DNA of 64,000 bases from Botryllus schlosseri (GCA_051294905.1 CM119372.1:22880001-22944000), one strand, 5' to 3'; positions 1 through 13,932 are shown, numbered from the stretch's first letter. Program-made: numbers and translations. The notes: a model not told the origin generated them from the letters alone.

Positions 1-531
1 GATAATTCATTAATCGGCGGAGTTGTAACTTCCTACAGTAACGACCAATTTGTAATCGATCATTACATTGTAAAATCATTTTTGTTATTTCTGCTTTTTG
101 CGAGAGGCCTATGGTATGCCGCTTGATGAAATTATTTGAGGCGGTGATCATAGATCCTCAATGACATAAAGAAATTACCAATACATGCTCGCATATCTAA
201 GTCAATTGTGGCCGTTTTGGCGAGATGGGGAATCGACTAGAATAGGAGATAAACTCCAAAAGACAATTCGATTTCACCACATTCGATGTAACATTAGTCG
301 AATGCCTCCCTACACGCGGGTCAGCAGTATTGGGAAAACACCTGTGCCCGGATATTCCGACTCGCCTTCCACGCATGTCTTGTGTTCGAGCGGTTTTGGT
401 ACGATTGGACTTATTTTGATGATTCTGTCAGCACTGTGCAACATTACTGTCCTATTACAATTTAGTTGAAGAGCTTCATGGAGGTACAGAACTTCAATAT
501 ACAATTGAATAGTATATTCATATTGAAATAA

Positions 532-575
532 ACCCGAATATTTTCGGCTGACACTCGTCAGGGGTAATCGTCAGC
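532..575 (-). ncRNA. Minimal type I hammerhead ribozyme motif (Penelope terminal repeat), copy 1
   Basis: Minus strand reads GCTGACG-att-ACCC-CTGACGA-G-TGTCAGC-C-GAAA-ATAT-TC-GGGT: core CUGANGA/GAAA/UH, stem I ACCC/GGGT, palindromic AATATT stem III. Confidence 0.8.
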
Positions 576-757
576 AACTAGTAGAGAATTGGAAAGAACA
601 TTGTATATCAACAATTGTATCACAAAATATGACGTCACCAGCATGAAAGAGAGAGCACCCAATGTACTATATTTAGGTGGTACACGAACTCCTTCCGTTG
701 ACATAGTTTGGGTTGCGATTGTTGATATACAACGTTCTTTCCAATTCTCTACTAGTT

Positions 758-801
758 CCTGACGATTATCCCTGACGAGTGTCAGCCGAAAATATTCGGG
801 T
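758..801 (+). ncRNA. Minimal type I hammerhead ribozyme motif, copy 2 (two substitutions)
   Basis: cctgacg-att-atcc-ctgacga-g-tgtcagc-c-gaaa-atat-tc-gggt; core intact, one G-U pair in stem I, one pseudoknot mismatch. Confidence 0.7.
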
Positions 802-3800
802 TTATTTCAATAGGAAGATACTATTCAATTACAATTTAGTTGTAGCGCATATTCTGACTTCTATTTATGGTGAGAGTCATAGAAAAGGTGACGGCAACAT
901 ATGCTTTGTCGCCATTGACCTCGCAGACAGCGCACTGAGCGTATAGTCGTCAAAGCGAAATAAGCTCATGGTGCACACATTGCGTTTCTCCTATGTTTCG
1001 ACTCTGCAAGACGCCGAAATTCGATCGTATTATCGCAAATGGCGACTTTCTCCGCATTTAAAGCAATTATAGCGTGACCGCACCGCTTTCTTAATTTCGG
1101 TCGAAACGCAATCGATTTGATCTAATTGGATCTTCGTTTGCGTGTTTCAAATATTTGGGCGAATGGCGTTGCCCTCGAAAATTTGCAGAAATACCGAGCC
1201 AGCAATTATATAATAAGTTTACTACACATAAATTCATAATGAGATTGATAGTTGAAAGTCCATTCTTAGTGAATCAAAATTCAAAACTTCTAACATCCAT
1301 CCTTACCTTGCTTAAATCAACTTTAAAGTGGGCACGGCTTATTGATCGCGTACTATAAACATGTGCGCATCAGGTCGTCTTGACTATGACACACGTTCGT
1401 AATTTAATTTCGGCCTGGATTGAGGGTTGGCGAAGAACATTAGTGCCAAATAACATTCTCAAAGGTGGGCGTTCCTCGGCTGAAAGCTGTCACGTTTTAC
1501 TTCCACGACTAGAACAACACAGCAGCTTTAAGGCCATTATCACCGACAGTCTGCGTTTACTCATCCGAAATCACATCCGGCTTGGTTATCAGTTCAATTA
1601 CGGCTGATCATATTCCGTAACCTTTTCGGACCGTATCAATAGGGTTTCTGGGCTAGATCCATATACCGCTAATGTTATTACGCCCCGTATCGCTACAGGT
1701 TGCATACACGAACTTCCGCCTTGGTCTAGTCTGGGATCCGTATAAAGCCACCGATGAATACACTCCTTGAAACATTCATCATGCGACATGTTTCGTCATC
1801 AGTTTATAAGAGCGCGTTACTAAATGGTCAAAAACACGGGTTTGGGAGATATCAAGCACCAGGTAGCATGTAACGTTGGACGCAGCGAGCTTCCGGCACC
1901 ATGTGGGATCTCGCCAGCATATGCTAGTAACTGCCATTTCTTGATAATCCGGTACCGGATTAGACTGAGATTTGCTCCATCAATTTGCCAGCACCGATAT
2001 TTTAAAATAATTTTGAACATACACACAATTATAATAAAGAATTAAAAAATTGGTCACCGTAAATACTATTTTATTGATAATCCAAATTTTGACGGCAATA
2101 ACTCCGCCTCCACTGGTTGGAATTGAACCAAATTTTGTGAACAACTGAACATCGTTTCTGTAGACAACCCACCACTTTCATGGGATGAACAGAAAATGTT
2201 GAAATTTTTTTCAATTTATTTTTAGGCCTATATAACAAATAGAAACTTTCTTCTCCTGTCGCAATGTGGCTACTGGCTGAAATTGAACCAAATTTGGTGT
2301 GTAGGCTTAAATTAGGTAACCTAATAATTTTATCAAGTAGCTAGTACAATTTGAGAAAACAAAGTCATTTTTGAACACCCCTAATGAAAACTGAACAAAG
2401 TACCATTCAAGCAATCGTTAAGTTGCCGATAAATAGCAGTTCGCAGTTGACCTCTGTTTCCAGCGATATTGTTCACGGGTGATCTAACACGAAATATACA
2501 TTGATTTGAATGCGTTTTACTCGTATTGTATTTGCAATACAGTCTACTTAACAGCAAATACATATCGCATCACTATTGCATTTAAGTGTATAGGCCTATT
2601 CGTTAAAGACGTTGTGCGTCACGTCATAATGGCAACACTTATTACAGCAGAATAGGCAATTTTTGTGTGCTAGAGCATTTTAAGTTTCAAGGCATCAGAA
2701 CTATTTTTGAAGGGGAAAGAAGCCAGTAGAAATATTGCAGTATATTTGCTAGCAGGATGTTTAACGGCAATGACAGTATGATGAGTTCACAACATAATAA
2801 CTTACAGTTATATGTGTTAGCACATAGGCCTATTGGAAATTTGCTATCGAAACCTTTGACCTGCCCATTTGATCTGCTAGCTACCAATGCAATAAATATA
2901 AATTTCTTTCACATAATCTCTGTATGTTAGAAATGTGGGTAATACGAATTCTCCGTGCCGTCGTCAATATATCATCAAAAGCTAATGTCGGGTGACCAAA
3001 CGTTGAATACATAGCACCCACCAGGAAATATCCACACTTGCTCAGAAAATGCGGGATCCGTGCGGGAGAATACTGTGTCTTCTGCTTTTATCGTAGTTTG
3101 ATTCCCGAGAAGCGATCCGTTGTGGGTTCGTGAATGAGCGACCATCGTTCGACCAATGCATCCATATTCCATTCTCTGTATCGAGGCGGACGATACTCCG
3201 GCAAATGTCGTATTCAACATACCGCTCATTGTGACGTACACTCAATTTTGTACAGGCGAAGTAATAACTAATCAGTCATCGCGGCGTGTCACTGTTGGTA
3301 GAAATCAGATTGAAGGGACGTGTTCAGTAGCCTCTTGTTTTCTTCAGTTAATATATCAGTAGGTAGGACCAAAACAATAGATATCTCCACCGGCGTATCC
3401 ACTACTGGAATCCAAGCGGCAAAACAATTTCAGCAACAAAGCGACTTAAAGAATCTATTATGACGACCCCTATTTTGCTAACATCAAACTTGGGTGCGGT
3501 AAAGGTGACATTCGTCCCTTTACACTAGGTTTCGCCAATGCGAAAGTTCGTTATATGGAGCAGACATTGGCCAATTACTGTATCAATGTAATAGATTACG
3601 ACTATGATTGCGATTACGTCTGAAACGCGGGATAGGGTTTACAAATACAGCAATGTCTAAAAGTTTTCGATTGCGATTCCAATTACATGGAAAAAACAAT
3701 GGCGATTTTATTGACGATTACATTCATTTTGATTCCTTGGATTTGATGCTGGCAATTATTCGAAGACAACATGATTATTAAAACGGCTAAGATGAGAGCG

Positions 3801-4179
3801 CATCATAAGAAACCCGATTTTCGAAAACTTTGATGTCATTCTTTTGTTACGTCACGACATATCCATCCATTACAAACTATATCGCTGACGATTTCCCGCC
3901 CCACTACCAGCGTTCGTTCTTGCTTGGACACATTATAACTAACACGATATATAAGTGATCAACGATAGATACAAATCTTGAGTAAAGTACGGTGAAAAAC
4001 AATTGGTGTCTCCTTCAAGCAGAACAGCCCGAGAATAAGATAAATTCGGTCTGAACGATTAGTGATTCTTGTAACCAACACGCGTATATGCCTACAATCC
4101 ACATACTGAATAGGACATTATATATTTTTATCCTTGATGTTTTGCGGCATATACATCGACTAATGATATACATACACAC

Positions 4180-5000
4180 CAGTGACGTGCGGTCAGGGGA
4201 GGCGAGGTGCAGTGCCTCGCCTATCGTCAGGATAAATGAAACAAAATTGCGTAACCTTCAATGACTATAACATCAATAATTATTAGTATTTTCTGTCGAT
4301 ATTCATGAATGACTAAATTTTAAACATTTTTTAGTTGCATGTTTAATTTTCATATTTATTGTTAAAAAATATAGCGTGAAAGGAGAGGTGGGACACATGC
4401 GGGCCCGGCCTCATATGTGATAGCGTAATTAATCCTAAACAGCTCAGAATTTATAATAACTGGTAATAATCGAAAGCTCTTGTCGCACTGATGCCGTAAA
4501 TCTAAATATTACTGACGTCAGAGCACCAGAACCCCTCAAAATAGCCAAGGAATGTGAGATTCGGCTTTGTGAGTAACAGTGACATCACAGAGAAACAATG
4601 ACCAGGTGAGGCACATATGGATTTGCCTCACCCACGGTTAGCTAACAATCCGACAGTCGCAGTGTAGTGATGCAATGCGTGATCCACTTCGCAAATCGAC
4701 GTTATAATACGAATCGTGTAGTCGGGACGGTCAACATGTAGCCTATGCCAGAGCAATTTCATTCACTTACTGACGTATGTAATTTGTTTTCAATCCACAG
4801 GTATGCCTATATTTGTGGATATATAATTATATATATAGTAGCTTCTCACGTATCGTGCGTGTGAATAATGCTAATGTGATAAGAAACAGGTGATCAACTG
4901 AATCAGCTATACCATCTTGGGTTTATATAATTGTAAGTCTGACTCTTAATGGGTTAGTCGTTAGTGCCTCACTAGTGATGAACCTTACCGCACGCCACTG
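4180..5000. mobile_element. Non-autonomous hAT-type DNA transposon (MITE)
   Basis: TIR cagtgacgtgcggt / accgcacgccactg; perfect 8-bp TSD atacacac (4172-4179, 5001-5008). Confidence 0.9.
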
Positions 5001-5109
5001 ATACACACGATCTGTGCATACAGCATATGCAATATGCATACAATGAGTGCGTAATGCCCAGATACCGCTGGGCAATGAAGGTGCAGAAATAGTCTTGCAA
5101 TACCTTCTA

Positions 5110-5250
5110 AGTCTTGCACCACCCCTCCATGATATCACGGAAATGCTAGCACCAAACGGGGAAGCCACAGATACCGGTTTTACAGATCAGGTCTTTAGTC
5201 TGACCCGGCCGGAAATTGAACGTAGGCTTACGACCTACTGATTAAGATGC
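5110..5250 (-). mobile_element. Degenerate tRNA-headed SINE, family B
   Basis: Shares ...ggggaag...gatacc...caggtcttt(a/g)gtctgacccggc... with 56460-56610; B-box-like motif on the minus strand. Confidence 0.5.
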
Positions 5251-5548
5251 CGGGAGCTCCCCAATTACGCTATCTTGTCAACGGATATTGAGAGTCATAT
5301 ATAAACATATGATTATAGGAACCACCGCAGAGTTGTAATGAAAAGCATAATATTTTGAAACCTTCAACCATTTGTACGATTTGCATTTTCGGCGCCTAAC
5401 AGCAATGTTCAATCTGAGTTTACTTGGTAAGCAAATCCAAAATTCAGTTTCACTAATTGCGCTAGTATCGACAATTCGACATGTACGATTAAAAGAAGTT
5501 CGAATCCAAGCCACGTGGTGATTGTCGGGTGTCGGCCTTCAACCAACG

Positions 5549-5830
5549 ACCAAGCATATAGTGGTACGTACAGCCGCTGTAACAACAATGAGTCGCGGGT
5601 TCGAGTCCGACCGAGGTCGACTACAGAACTCCTACCTAAGAGTTAGGGGGGGGTTCATATAGGCTCCTCTTGGCCATTTCTTCCGCGTAAGCTGTGTCTA
5701 AAACGCTCAAAACGAAAGTGGGCCGTGCTAGAAGTCGGCAGATCAGGAATCATACTGCTGAATTTCGGCCAAGTGTCAAATGACCACATATTTTGGAACA
5801 CCATGATCACTACTAAAAGCAACAGCAACT
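5549..5830 (+). mobile_element. tRNA-derived SINE, family A (near full length)
   Basis: A-box-like tagtggta, B-box ggttcgagtcc, body (ccgcgtaagctgtgtct...aagtcggcagat...caccatga) shared with three other copies, ends in an (A/C)-rich tail. Confidence 0.75.
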
Positions 5831-6587
5831 TCCATCCCCAGATAAATGATTCGGTATAGCTACCAAAAGTGATGTAATAATGAGAAACGCGATTGACAAA
5901 TTCGACATTTCTACTGACAATACGTGATATCGCACTATCGCCAGTCAGTAATCATATTGATATGTCCTTTCGAAGAGTGACGTCAAATCAATATGGGGCT
6001 ATAGGTCATCTGTGGTTACCTTCGACAAGTGCTGGGTAGGATCTATTAGCAGCCATAGTTGCTTCGGCATATGTAAATATAGCTTATTTTTGGCGTTATT
6101 CAGATTTGGCATTGCCACGAATAAATTGTCGAACTAGAATTGATGGTCATATAAAACGTTAAACTTAGGTGTTTCTGATCAAACGGAATTCACAAAACGT
6201 GCATTATCGCCCAATGCCAACAAACAGCAAGCAAAACCGTATTTGCAGCGATGTTGGAGAACGAATTCACCCGATACAAAGCAGACTGCTCCTACAATGT
6301 CGAAGCTTTACAGTCGATTCGCCATTCACTCGGATCACAGTACAGATTATCATAACAATTCTGCTGACACTTTTGGATGACAGTCTTCACTACCAAATCA
6401 ATGGTTAGTAGCCATGAGTGACTTTAATTTTCAATGTATCACAAAACATATCTACCCATGTAGTAAAGAAAAGTGTAGGAAAGCAACTGAATGTGAGTAC
6501 GGTAGACGGAAGTTGCTTCTAGGCGACTGAGGCCTGTTGTACAATGAATTTTCACATGTTCATTGATGAATCTATATGTCCGTATTA

Positions 6588-9542
6588 CAGTGTTCGGATC
6601 AAGTCACTACTTTCGAGTCACAAGTCATCTCGAGTCATTGCACATTTTGACTCGAGTCAAGTCAAGTCAATCGATTTTCGAAGGTGACTTGAGTCAAGTC
6701 AAGTCACTCGTTTTTTGGAGGTGACTCGAGTCAAGTCAAGTCAAGTCAAGTCGAGTCGAGTCACGAGTCAAGTCACAATTCATGTCAAATTGAATTTTCG
6801 AAGTATCAGTGACGGTTCAAAGTCGTTACATTTTGCTAGCTGTTTGAAAGACAGAAGGATTGATCATTTATCTTGAATCAAATAACGAATACAAAGTTTA
6901 ATATGCATGCAATAAGGCGTTGTATCGCTTACGAACACGTAGAAATGCAAATAAAATACGCGAGTAACTGTATAGCTGCATGTTACAGTCTGTTGTTAAT
7001 AGCCAATAGGATCGAATACGCAGCCTCGAGAAGTTGCAACGAATTGATATGGTACAATACACTACCCATCTACACATCTGTGAGAAAATTAACGCATAAA
7101 CTATATTCGCTCGATTTAACTCATACAAGAGAGTTGGTACAGGTGATCACAGCGCAATGTCAGCACTGAGGCCGTCTAAGAAACAGAGATACCTTGCTAT
7201 GAGATTAATCTACTGCTACTACGATAATCTAAGCCAGTGATTCCCAAGTGCGGCCCCCAGATGGCCTTCTTGCGGCCCCCAAAATATATTAGGAAATCGA
7301 TTTATGACAAAAATATATATATTTATAAAATACTCTTGCTTGGCTTGGCCTCTATAGTTTTTAATTATAGAATTGCAGGAAAGTTGTGAGTATAGACTGC
7401 TAACGTTACGTCACTGCTGTTTCAATGCATTGTGCCCTAACTTTCCAGTTGAACGGGCAGTAGCTATAGATATATAGGTATTGATAACTTTCAAAACCGG
7501 AGGAAAATCCTGAAAAAATGTAAATTTTTCCAACTTCGTGGTCGCTTGACTAAAAAAGAAAAAGGCTCAACTCCCGGAAAATGCAGTTTTTCTTTCACAT
7601 TAACAGGTGGTTGATTGAAAAAAGGGTCAACTTTCCGGTCCAGCTCCCGAAATAGTCGCCGTAGCGTTCCCACAGTGTTGACGTAATGTATATCAGTCGA
7701 ATTTGCCCCTATATGTAACCAAAATCCTCAAAAAAGAAGACAAAATCTCAAAAAGAAGACATCATCTTAAAAGAGGACGTATGGCAACCCTATGATAACT
7801 ATATGTGCAACACGTGACTCGCGGTTGAAAACGCCGAAATGCACACTGCTTCGTCGGCTAAAAGCAGCATAATTAGTAGTCCTATAGTCAGGGCCGTAGC
7901 TGTCGCACCCCAAACCCCCCAATTGAGGGGGGCCGAGCTTGAAGGGCGCACAAAATTATTTCGTGAGTTACCATAAATTATGGAGTATTTTTTTAAAATT
8001 TATGGAACTTTTTAAAAAAATTTTCGTGCCGTGCGCGATTTCAATTCGCCACATATCTTGATTTTTGGGCACTCTTCCCCAAGAAAAAATACGCAAGATT
8101 TATAGAAATGGGCATATCACCGTTGGCCATGACAGCACCACAACGCACCAAGACATATATAGTTTTAGGCCATGTAACATGTGACTCCATGAAGTGTGTC
8201 AGAACGATCGGCAGCTGACCAAAAACTTCGAAATACCAGAAAATTCGTTATATGTACAAACTACATATAGGTTTAATTGTCCATATAGGCGCCTAAATGA
8301 CTGGCGCCGAATGTTCTTGTCTTGGCAATCTGAACCTCACAAGACAAATATCATCCCGCAGGAAAGAAAGTTATATGCCAATGAAGAAATACCAATCTGA
8401 AATCGTGTGATCTTTCAGTTTAGTATAGGTTTGGGCAATTCTACATTTTTTATATAGCAGACAGGAGGTCACGAAATAACTTCATGTAAAGAAGTCATAC
8501 CTAGGGGTCCGCCCGCCCGAAGATGTTTAATTTTACGTGGTCTGCAGTTTCAAAAACACTTCTCACTCAGCTCTACCGGTTAATCTAATTACGTGGGCAA
8601 AGAGGACAACCATGCCATTCCCGATCTTATCCACCGTTTTTACATGAATTATCGAAATATTCGCGCGTCGCGCTGTCTCACTAAACAGTACAACATTAAT
8701 TTCGTTGCAAAAGCGAACAACGTGATGCGGGGTCAGTTTATCACCCTATGGGAGTCTGGGGTCCTGACGAAGTGCTGTTACAATCCTGCCAACGGGTATA
8801 CCCCCGGAGATGTTTAATTACTATTGAGGGGGCCCATACCTTTTAAAACACACCTCACTCAGCTCTACCGGTAAATCAGTTTACGTGAACAGAGACAGGA
8901 TGAAAATTGATAGCAATACATGCAATTCCCGATCATATTGACCGATTCAGTCATGAATCTAAAGAAATTTCTCGCGCTTAGCGCGTTTAGGCCAGGAGAG
9001 CTGATTCACTCCACGGACAGACACCCAATTCAGCAGATAAGTAGCGGTAAACAGTGTACAGTTTCGAAATCTCGTCAGGGCAATAAAACTACTCCGAAAT
9101 AGCCACGATGACTGCTTGGGTCCGTTTCATAGCCGTAGTATTCGTGCGGCCCCGACCGTACTCTGAAATTCTAAATTTGGCCCACACACCAAAAAAGTTT
9201 GGGAACCACTGATCTAAGCTGTGATCGTTTCGTTTGTGGTCAATTCATCTGTGATGTAACAATTGAGGATCAATGAAACTTACAATCATTGAATGGCATG
9301 GTTATTCTCACATGTGACACAGGCGTATCGCGATCGCGAACAATACGAACATACACAAAATACAGTGATTTAAATCGATTCCGTTTCCCGATGACTTGAA
9401 ATTGACTCGTAAATTTTGCTCCGAGTCCCGAGTCTCCGAGTCAAGTCAAGTCAAGTCATTTTTGCAAAGTGACTCGAGTCAAGTCAAGTCATACGAATAA
9501 GTTGACTCGAGTCAAGTCATGACTCGAGTCATCCCAACACTG
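6588..9542. mobile_element. hAT-type non-autonomous element with GAGTC/AAGTC subterminal repeats, interrupted by a nested element
   Basis: TIR cagtgtt / aacactg; diverged 8-bp TSD ccgtatta / ccgcattt; gactcgagtc and agtca arrays at both ends; same repeat type as 18029-18625. Confidence 0.7.
7235..9211. mobile_element. Composite non-autonomous hAT (Buster/Charlie-like) element
   Basis: TIR cagtgattcccaa / ttgggaaccactg; perfect TSD atctaagc (7227-7234, 9212-9219); reverse-orientation relative of 26776-30172. Confidence 0.9.
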
Positions 9543-9955
9543 CCGCATTTCAGACAACGTGAGAAAGTCCATTGATTGAACCATGTAGGCGCCGGCACAT
9601 TGAGCTAAATTGACTGTGCGTCGCGCGTGGCAGAACATGATGTAACAAAATGCACGAGCACAATGCACTGTCGAATACCTTACTTTTCGGGGCAAAGACC
9701 ATCTACTTTCTACAATCGCTGGATTGATCAATCCACAGGTAGGCCCAAATCCAGATTTAATTACTCGGCCTAAGATTTTCATTGGCTTTTCATGAACCCC
9801 TTGAAGCTATAGTCCGCTGACACACAAACCAATCAAAAACACTTTTTGTCGCGTCGTGCAAACTCTTTTCACTTCTTGTTTACATTTTAATAAGCATTTT
9901 ATAAAAATGCACTTTTCCGAAAAGCCTTACAGTTGGCATATTCAAAATTGTATTT

Positions 9956-10346
9956 GTGGCAGTTTGGCTAAGGAGCTGCAAAGATGAGTGGGACCGCATC
10001 TATCAATCCACAGATACTGGGAGAGCGAACAAAGATCTGCGACCCTCGGTACATGACAGACTATCTGAAGTGGATACAAGATTGGGAAACTCGATTATGC
10101 TGCGGTTAAGAACGACGCATTGCAGACTAAACCACCATCTCAACAAGATTGGATGCATCGACTCGCAACTGTGCGAAGCATGTGGTATTGTGGAAACCGT
10201 ATAGCATTATCTCATGAATTGTAGAAAATACCGCTATCAAAGAGAATGCTTACGACGCCATGCAGAGTCGAAGAATGTAAATTTCGACATTCGAACCCTA
10301 CTGACTGATCCACAAGTACTGCGATATGTTGTTGAATATGTTAGAT
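9956..10346 (+). pseudogene. LINE (I/Nimb/Jockey-like) ORF2 C-terminal fragment with CCHC zinc knuckle
   Basis: RLRTTHCRLNHHLNKIGCIDSQLCEACGIVETV*HYLMNCRKY: C-x2-C...ET..H...C motif typical of non-LTR retrotransposon C-termini; in-frame stop at 10202-10204. Confidence 0.8.
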
Positions 10347-11174
10347 CGACTCGAGGAATATTGTAAAACCTTTTTATGTGCACATCAGAGATGGATCAAT
10401 TACAATATTTTAATTCAATTATAATTACAATTACAATTACTTTTAAAAAGGTAATTAATTCTGTAAAGAGGTGTTCTTTGACAACCGTAGCGACGTAATT
10501 AACAACAATCTCAAGCTATTCATGTTTCATTCCTGATATGTAGAATACCCTTCAATTTAAAAAAACTCGAACGTATTCGAACTATTCCTAATCCTGAGTA
10601 CTGAAAACTACAAGCACAGAAAATTTGTTCAAGCTACTGTTAAGAACCAAAGGTTTGAGGGACCAACAGCGAATAGGCTACAGGACAGTCAATGAAATGT
10701 AATCAAACGATTAGGCTACACAAAGCTGAGTCAGAATAATTAAATGTAATTGGTAAAGCGTCAGAGATAAGGATGATACCGATAAGGTGCTTAAAATTAC
10801 AATAAATGCAAAAGGAGCGAATCTCCTCATAACTAAGAATTACAATATTTTGGTTCGCATTTACATTTTCACTTGCTCGGAACCTGTGAGATTGGATTTG
10901 ATGAACATTAGGATGCGAAAAGTTTCTGGCCCCAGTAAATTTGGCCAAGATCGGAGGTAAGATTGGATAACATCTCTACAAATGCGTGATCAAGTTTGAG
11001 GAAGCCTTGGTTGGAAACTTGAATTTTTTTTTGCTATTGTTGCAACAAGCCTCGGTACTGGTCAGAAATTAAAAAAAAAACTTTGACTGTGGTATAGGAA
11101 ATGGTTCAGCACAGGTTTCAGATGAATTTATTTGCTGTTCATCCATTTTTGAAATATTAAGATTCAGTTTAGCC

Positions 11175-12428
11175 CACTGGTTCTCTAACTTTTTTTAGAC
11201 GCACTTTATTACAGTGAATATTTCGAGCCCCCCTTATCGTCACAGGACACAATTACTTCGTTTCCATGCTCGGCCGACGGTCGGCCGAAAGGCCATGACG
11301 CATGCGTTGTACATGTCGGCCGTGTTTCCATTAGCAGGCGTAACCCAACCGTGACTTGGCCGAACTAGGTGGGCGAAGCGATCGCGATGACGTCTTTGGC
11401 TTACTTACTCAGTAACAATTTAATAATAATCAGAAGATTGCGATAAATGACGCGGTAGGAATGAGCCGAAAAGACTTGTAGCGGTCATTCAATCAAATAA
11501 CACGCTTTGACCTTGAACACGAAATGCATCCAACATGTAAAATGGTCACGATGAACCAATTGCTTAAAACTAACAGAAGATAAAATAAGATGGATAAAAG
11601 ATGAAAATTGGTGGCATATCTTAGTATGTGGGGGATATAGATATGGGATATCGTGGTCCAATAATTTCGAGCACAGAATAGTAACTTCTCCAGTAGTCTA
11701 CCGGTACTACTGTTCCGTCGTCGTGATTCAGACATGAACGTCCAGTGTCCTGTCGATGATTTGCTTACCAGGGGAATGTGAATAAGTTCACCTAGTTTGT
11801 GGTCAAGCGGTATAGTTTGTATTGTATCCATGCACCATAGAACGCAAACCTTCGAATTGTGGCAGCAGCGTATGTGATCAGATCGCGAAGATTTCGGTAG
11901 CCTACGGGTAATTCGTAGCAGTAGCGGTACTACTAAATTCCGTTGCGATCATAATTCTTGGTTACTCAAGGCGTCCAAGATCCGTCCGAAGTGCAGCCAT
12001 GGTTAATTTGATACGAAAAGTGTATTGTAAGTAGCGAATACCAATTAGCTAATCGAAGACACAGCGCAAGCATGGCCGAAGGGCTAAGCCGAAGGATTTA
12101 CTAGATGGGCGACGAGTCGGCCGACGTGGGTGTGCATCACTGTAAATGCGCAACAAAATTCTCTCGTTCGTCGGCCGAGTCTCTCGAAAATGGGCCCATC
12201 GGCCGAGCATGGAAACGAAGTAATATAGTTTGATGGTATGGAAAGTTATGACTGTTGATGAGAGAATTCTCCAATACGAAATTCAGAATATATACACCGA
12301 GCAATAACCATAAAACGCAGGTGAATCGGGCCAAGCGCGGAAAAGATTTCAAATCACCAGAGTGTCGCGCCCCGTTCAGATGCTCTAACGCCGCCCAAGG
12401 GGGCACACCCCCAGTTTGAGAACCACTG
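11175..12428. mobile_element. hAT-type MITE (degenerate TIR) hosting a nested element
   Basis: TIR cactggttctctaact / agtttgagaaccactg; TSD only partly conserved (gtttagcc / gtttccta). Confidence 0.55.
11256..12220. mobile_element. Non-autonomous TIR element with TA target duplication and tcggccga repeats
   Basis: 22-bp perfect TIR cttcgtttccatgctcggccga / tcggccgagcatggaaacgaag, flanked by TA on both sides. Confidence 0.75.
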
Positions 12429-13734
12429 GTTTCCTATATTGTAATTCACAAAGTTTTCTGTTGCTACTGAAGTATGGAAAACGGTTTAGCGTGACTGAAT
12501 TATCTATAACGCAGCACGCATAGAACATCGTTGTAAATAGGCTAATTATTACATGTGGTGACTGTTTACTAAGGCCTTGAGGCCCCTCGTCGTCATCCTG
12601 GTTCGTACCGGATTTTCACTGGTGCGACGAATAAATGATTGATTAAAAAATGATTATTTTATGTTGCGATTGTCAGCGGAACGGATAAAATTAGTGAACA
12701 TATAGCGGCTCAGTCACCTAACCTCAACTCTTACCAAACCCTAAGGTACTCGTGCAGCAGAAAGCAGTTTTCGAGGCAGACCAGAAGTCAACATAGAATC
12801 GAAGTCGAAGACCAAAGCTTCCAAAAGTAAGATGGTACTTCTCTGTAGAAATATAGCCTGATTACTATTTGCCGACAGTACGCAACAACCTAGATCATCG
12901 CAGGATATATGTCTCCATACATATCCATATAAAATAACGCAAAGTGGCAAGAAAATAGGCTCGCTTTCAACAGCCTTCTGCAATTGTGACGATTGCAGCG
13001 AAAAAAAGAGACGTAAATGAATCCATAATCACTGTCCTTGTCACAATACGCGCGCAGTAAAACATGTGATCTGACTTTGAAAGATGTCAAAGCAATAGTG
13101 GGAATAATCCGTAACCACATATTCTCGTGTACTTACAGTAGGCGTAGTGCGAATTGTAGAGACCCATACTTGGGCCCTTTAAAAGTACAAGTAGTCGACC
13201 TATAGCAACCTCTATTGATGTTGTTGCATTGCGAAAGTCGCTAAACAATGTTATACCTCATTTTGGATGTACGGAAGTCTCGATAATATGCGCACGCCAG
13301 ACACAGCCTTAAATACAATAATCGTGATATGGCTCGTACGAGTTATCACTTTTGCAGTGTCATTTTGCATAGGCTTGCCAGCAGGGGTCAAGTTGCAATT
13401 TGTCAGCGAAAACCAATATTTATGAGCGCAAATATGGCATATGTTATTAGATTGAGTATATGTTCACGAGCACCGGGTAGACGCATGACCCGCACTTGAC
13501 TCGATATCGCAAATTAGACATACGTTGGTTTACTAAAATCCTTCGCAGATGGCAGGTGATTGATTCAAATTATAGCAGTTACACGGGCTAGATATCAAAT
13601 TTAGTATACCCAAGCACAGCATAAATTATCGAAATTTCGTTATGGATTTGGAAGAGGGGTAAACAAGAAACTCATTATTTTCATCTGTTCGTTTCTTTGT
13701 TAATTCAATCATATTCAACACCAGGAAGGAATTC

Positions 13735-13932
13735 CTGGTTAAGTGTTGGGGGTTTATCTAGGCTCCTCACCGCCATCTCATCCGCGTAAGCTGTGTCTTA
13801 CAAAAAGCCTATAAGCGGTCTGTGCTCCAAGTCGGCAGATACGGAATAACAAATAAGTAATATCGGCCTGGTGTAAATGACCAATGACCATAGTAGTCGA
13901 CAGACACCATGAATACCACAAACAGCAACAAC
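13735..13932 (+). mobile_element. SINE family A, 5'-truncated copy
   Basis: Aligns by eye to 5630-5830 and to the reverse complement of 31078-31255. Confidence 0.75.

Larger units (their letters stand above)
466..830 (-). mobile_element. Penelope-like retroelement 3' fragment (minus) followed by an inverted partial terminal repeat
   Basis: 466-715 is the reverse complement of the end of the GIY-YIG-like ORF and 3' repeat at 38390-38654 (reads QPKLCQRKEFVYHLNIVH on -). 716-830 is an inverted copy of the terminal repeat. Flanked by direct repeat attacaatttagttg (454-468 and 828-842). Confidence 0.85.

Noticed and set aside
2050..2380. Possible DNA transposon end (gggtgttcaaaa on minus, repeated aattgaaccaaa)
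   Set aside because: No matching second terminus or TSD found in the window
300..3420. Possible exons of an unidentified gene (open stretches near 310-430, 1400-1990, 2975-3420; also 12750-12830, 16400-16670)
   Set aside because: No recognisable protein family and no consistent splice chain could be built; RNA-seq would be needed
6600..6780. Short regular repeats (also 18430-18615, 51945-52070, 55780-55930) resembling CRISPR arrays
   Set aside because: 5-10-bp motifs without unique spacers, located at transposon ends; eukaryotic context with no cas genes
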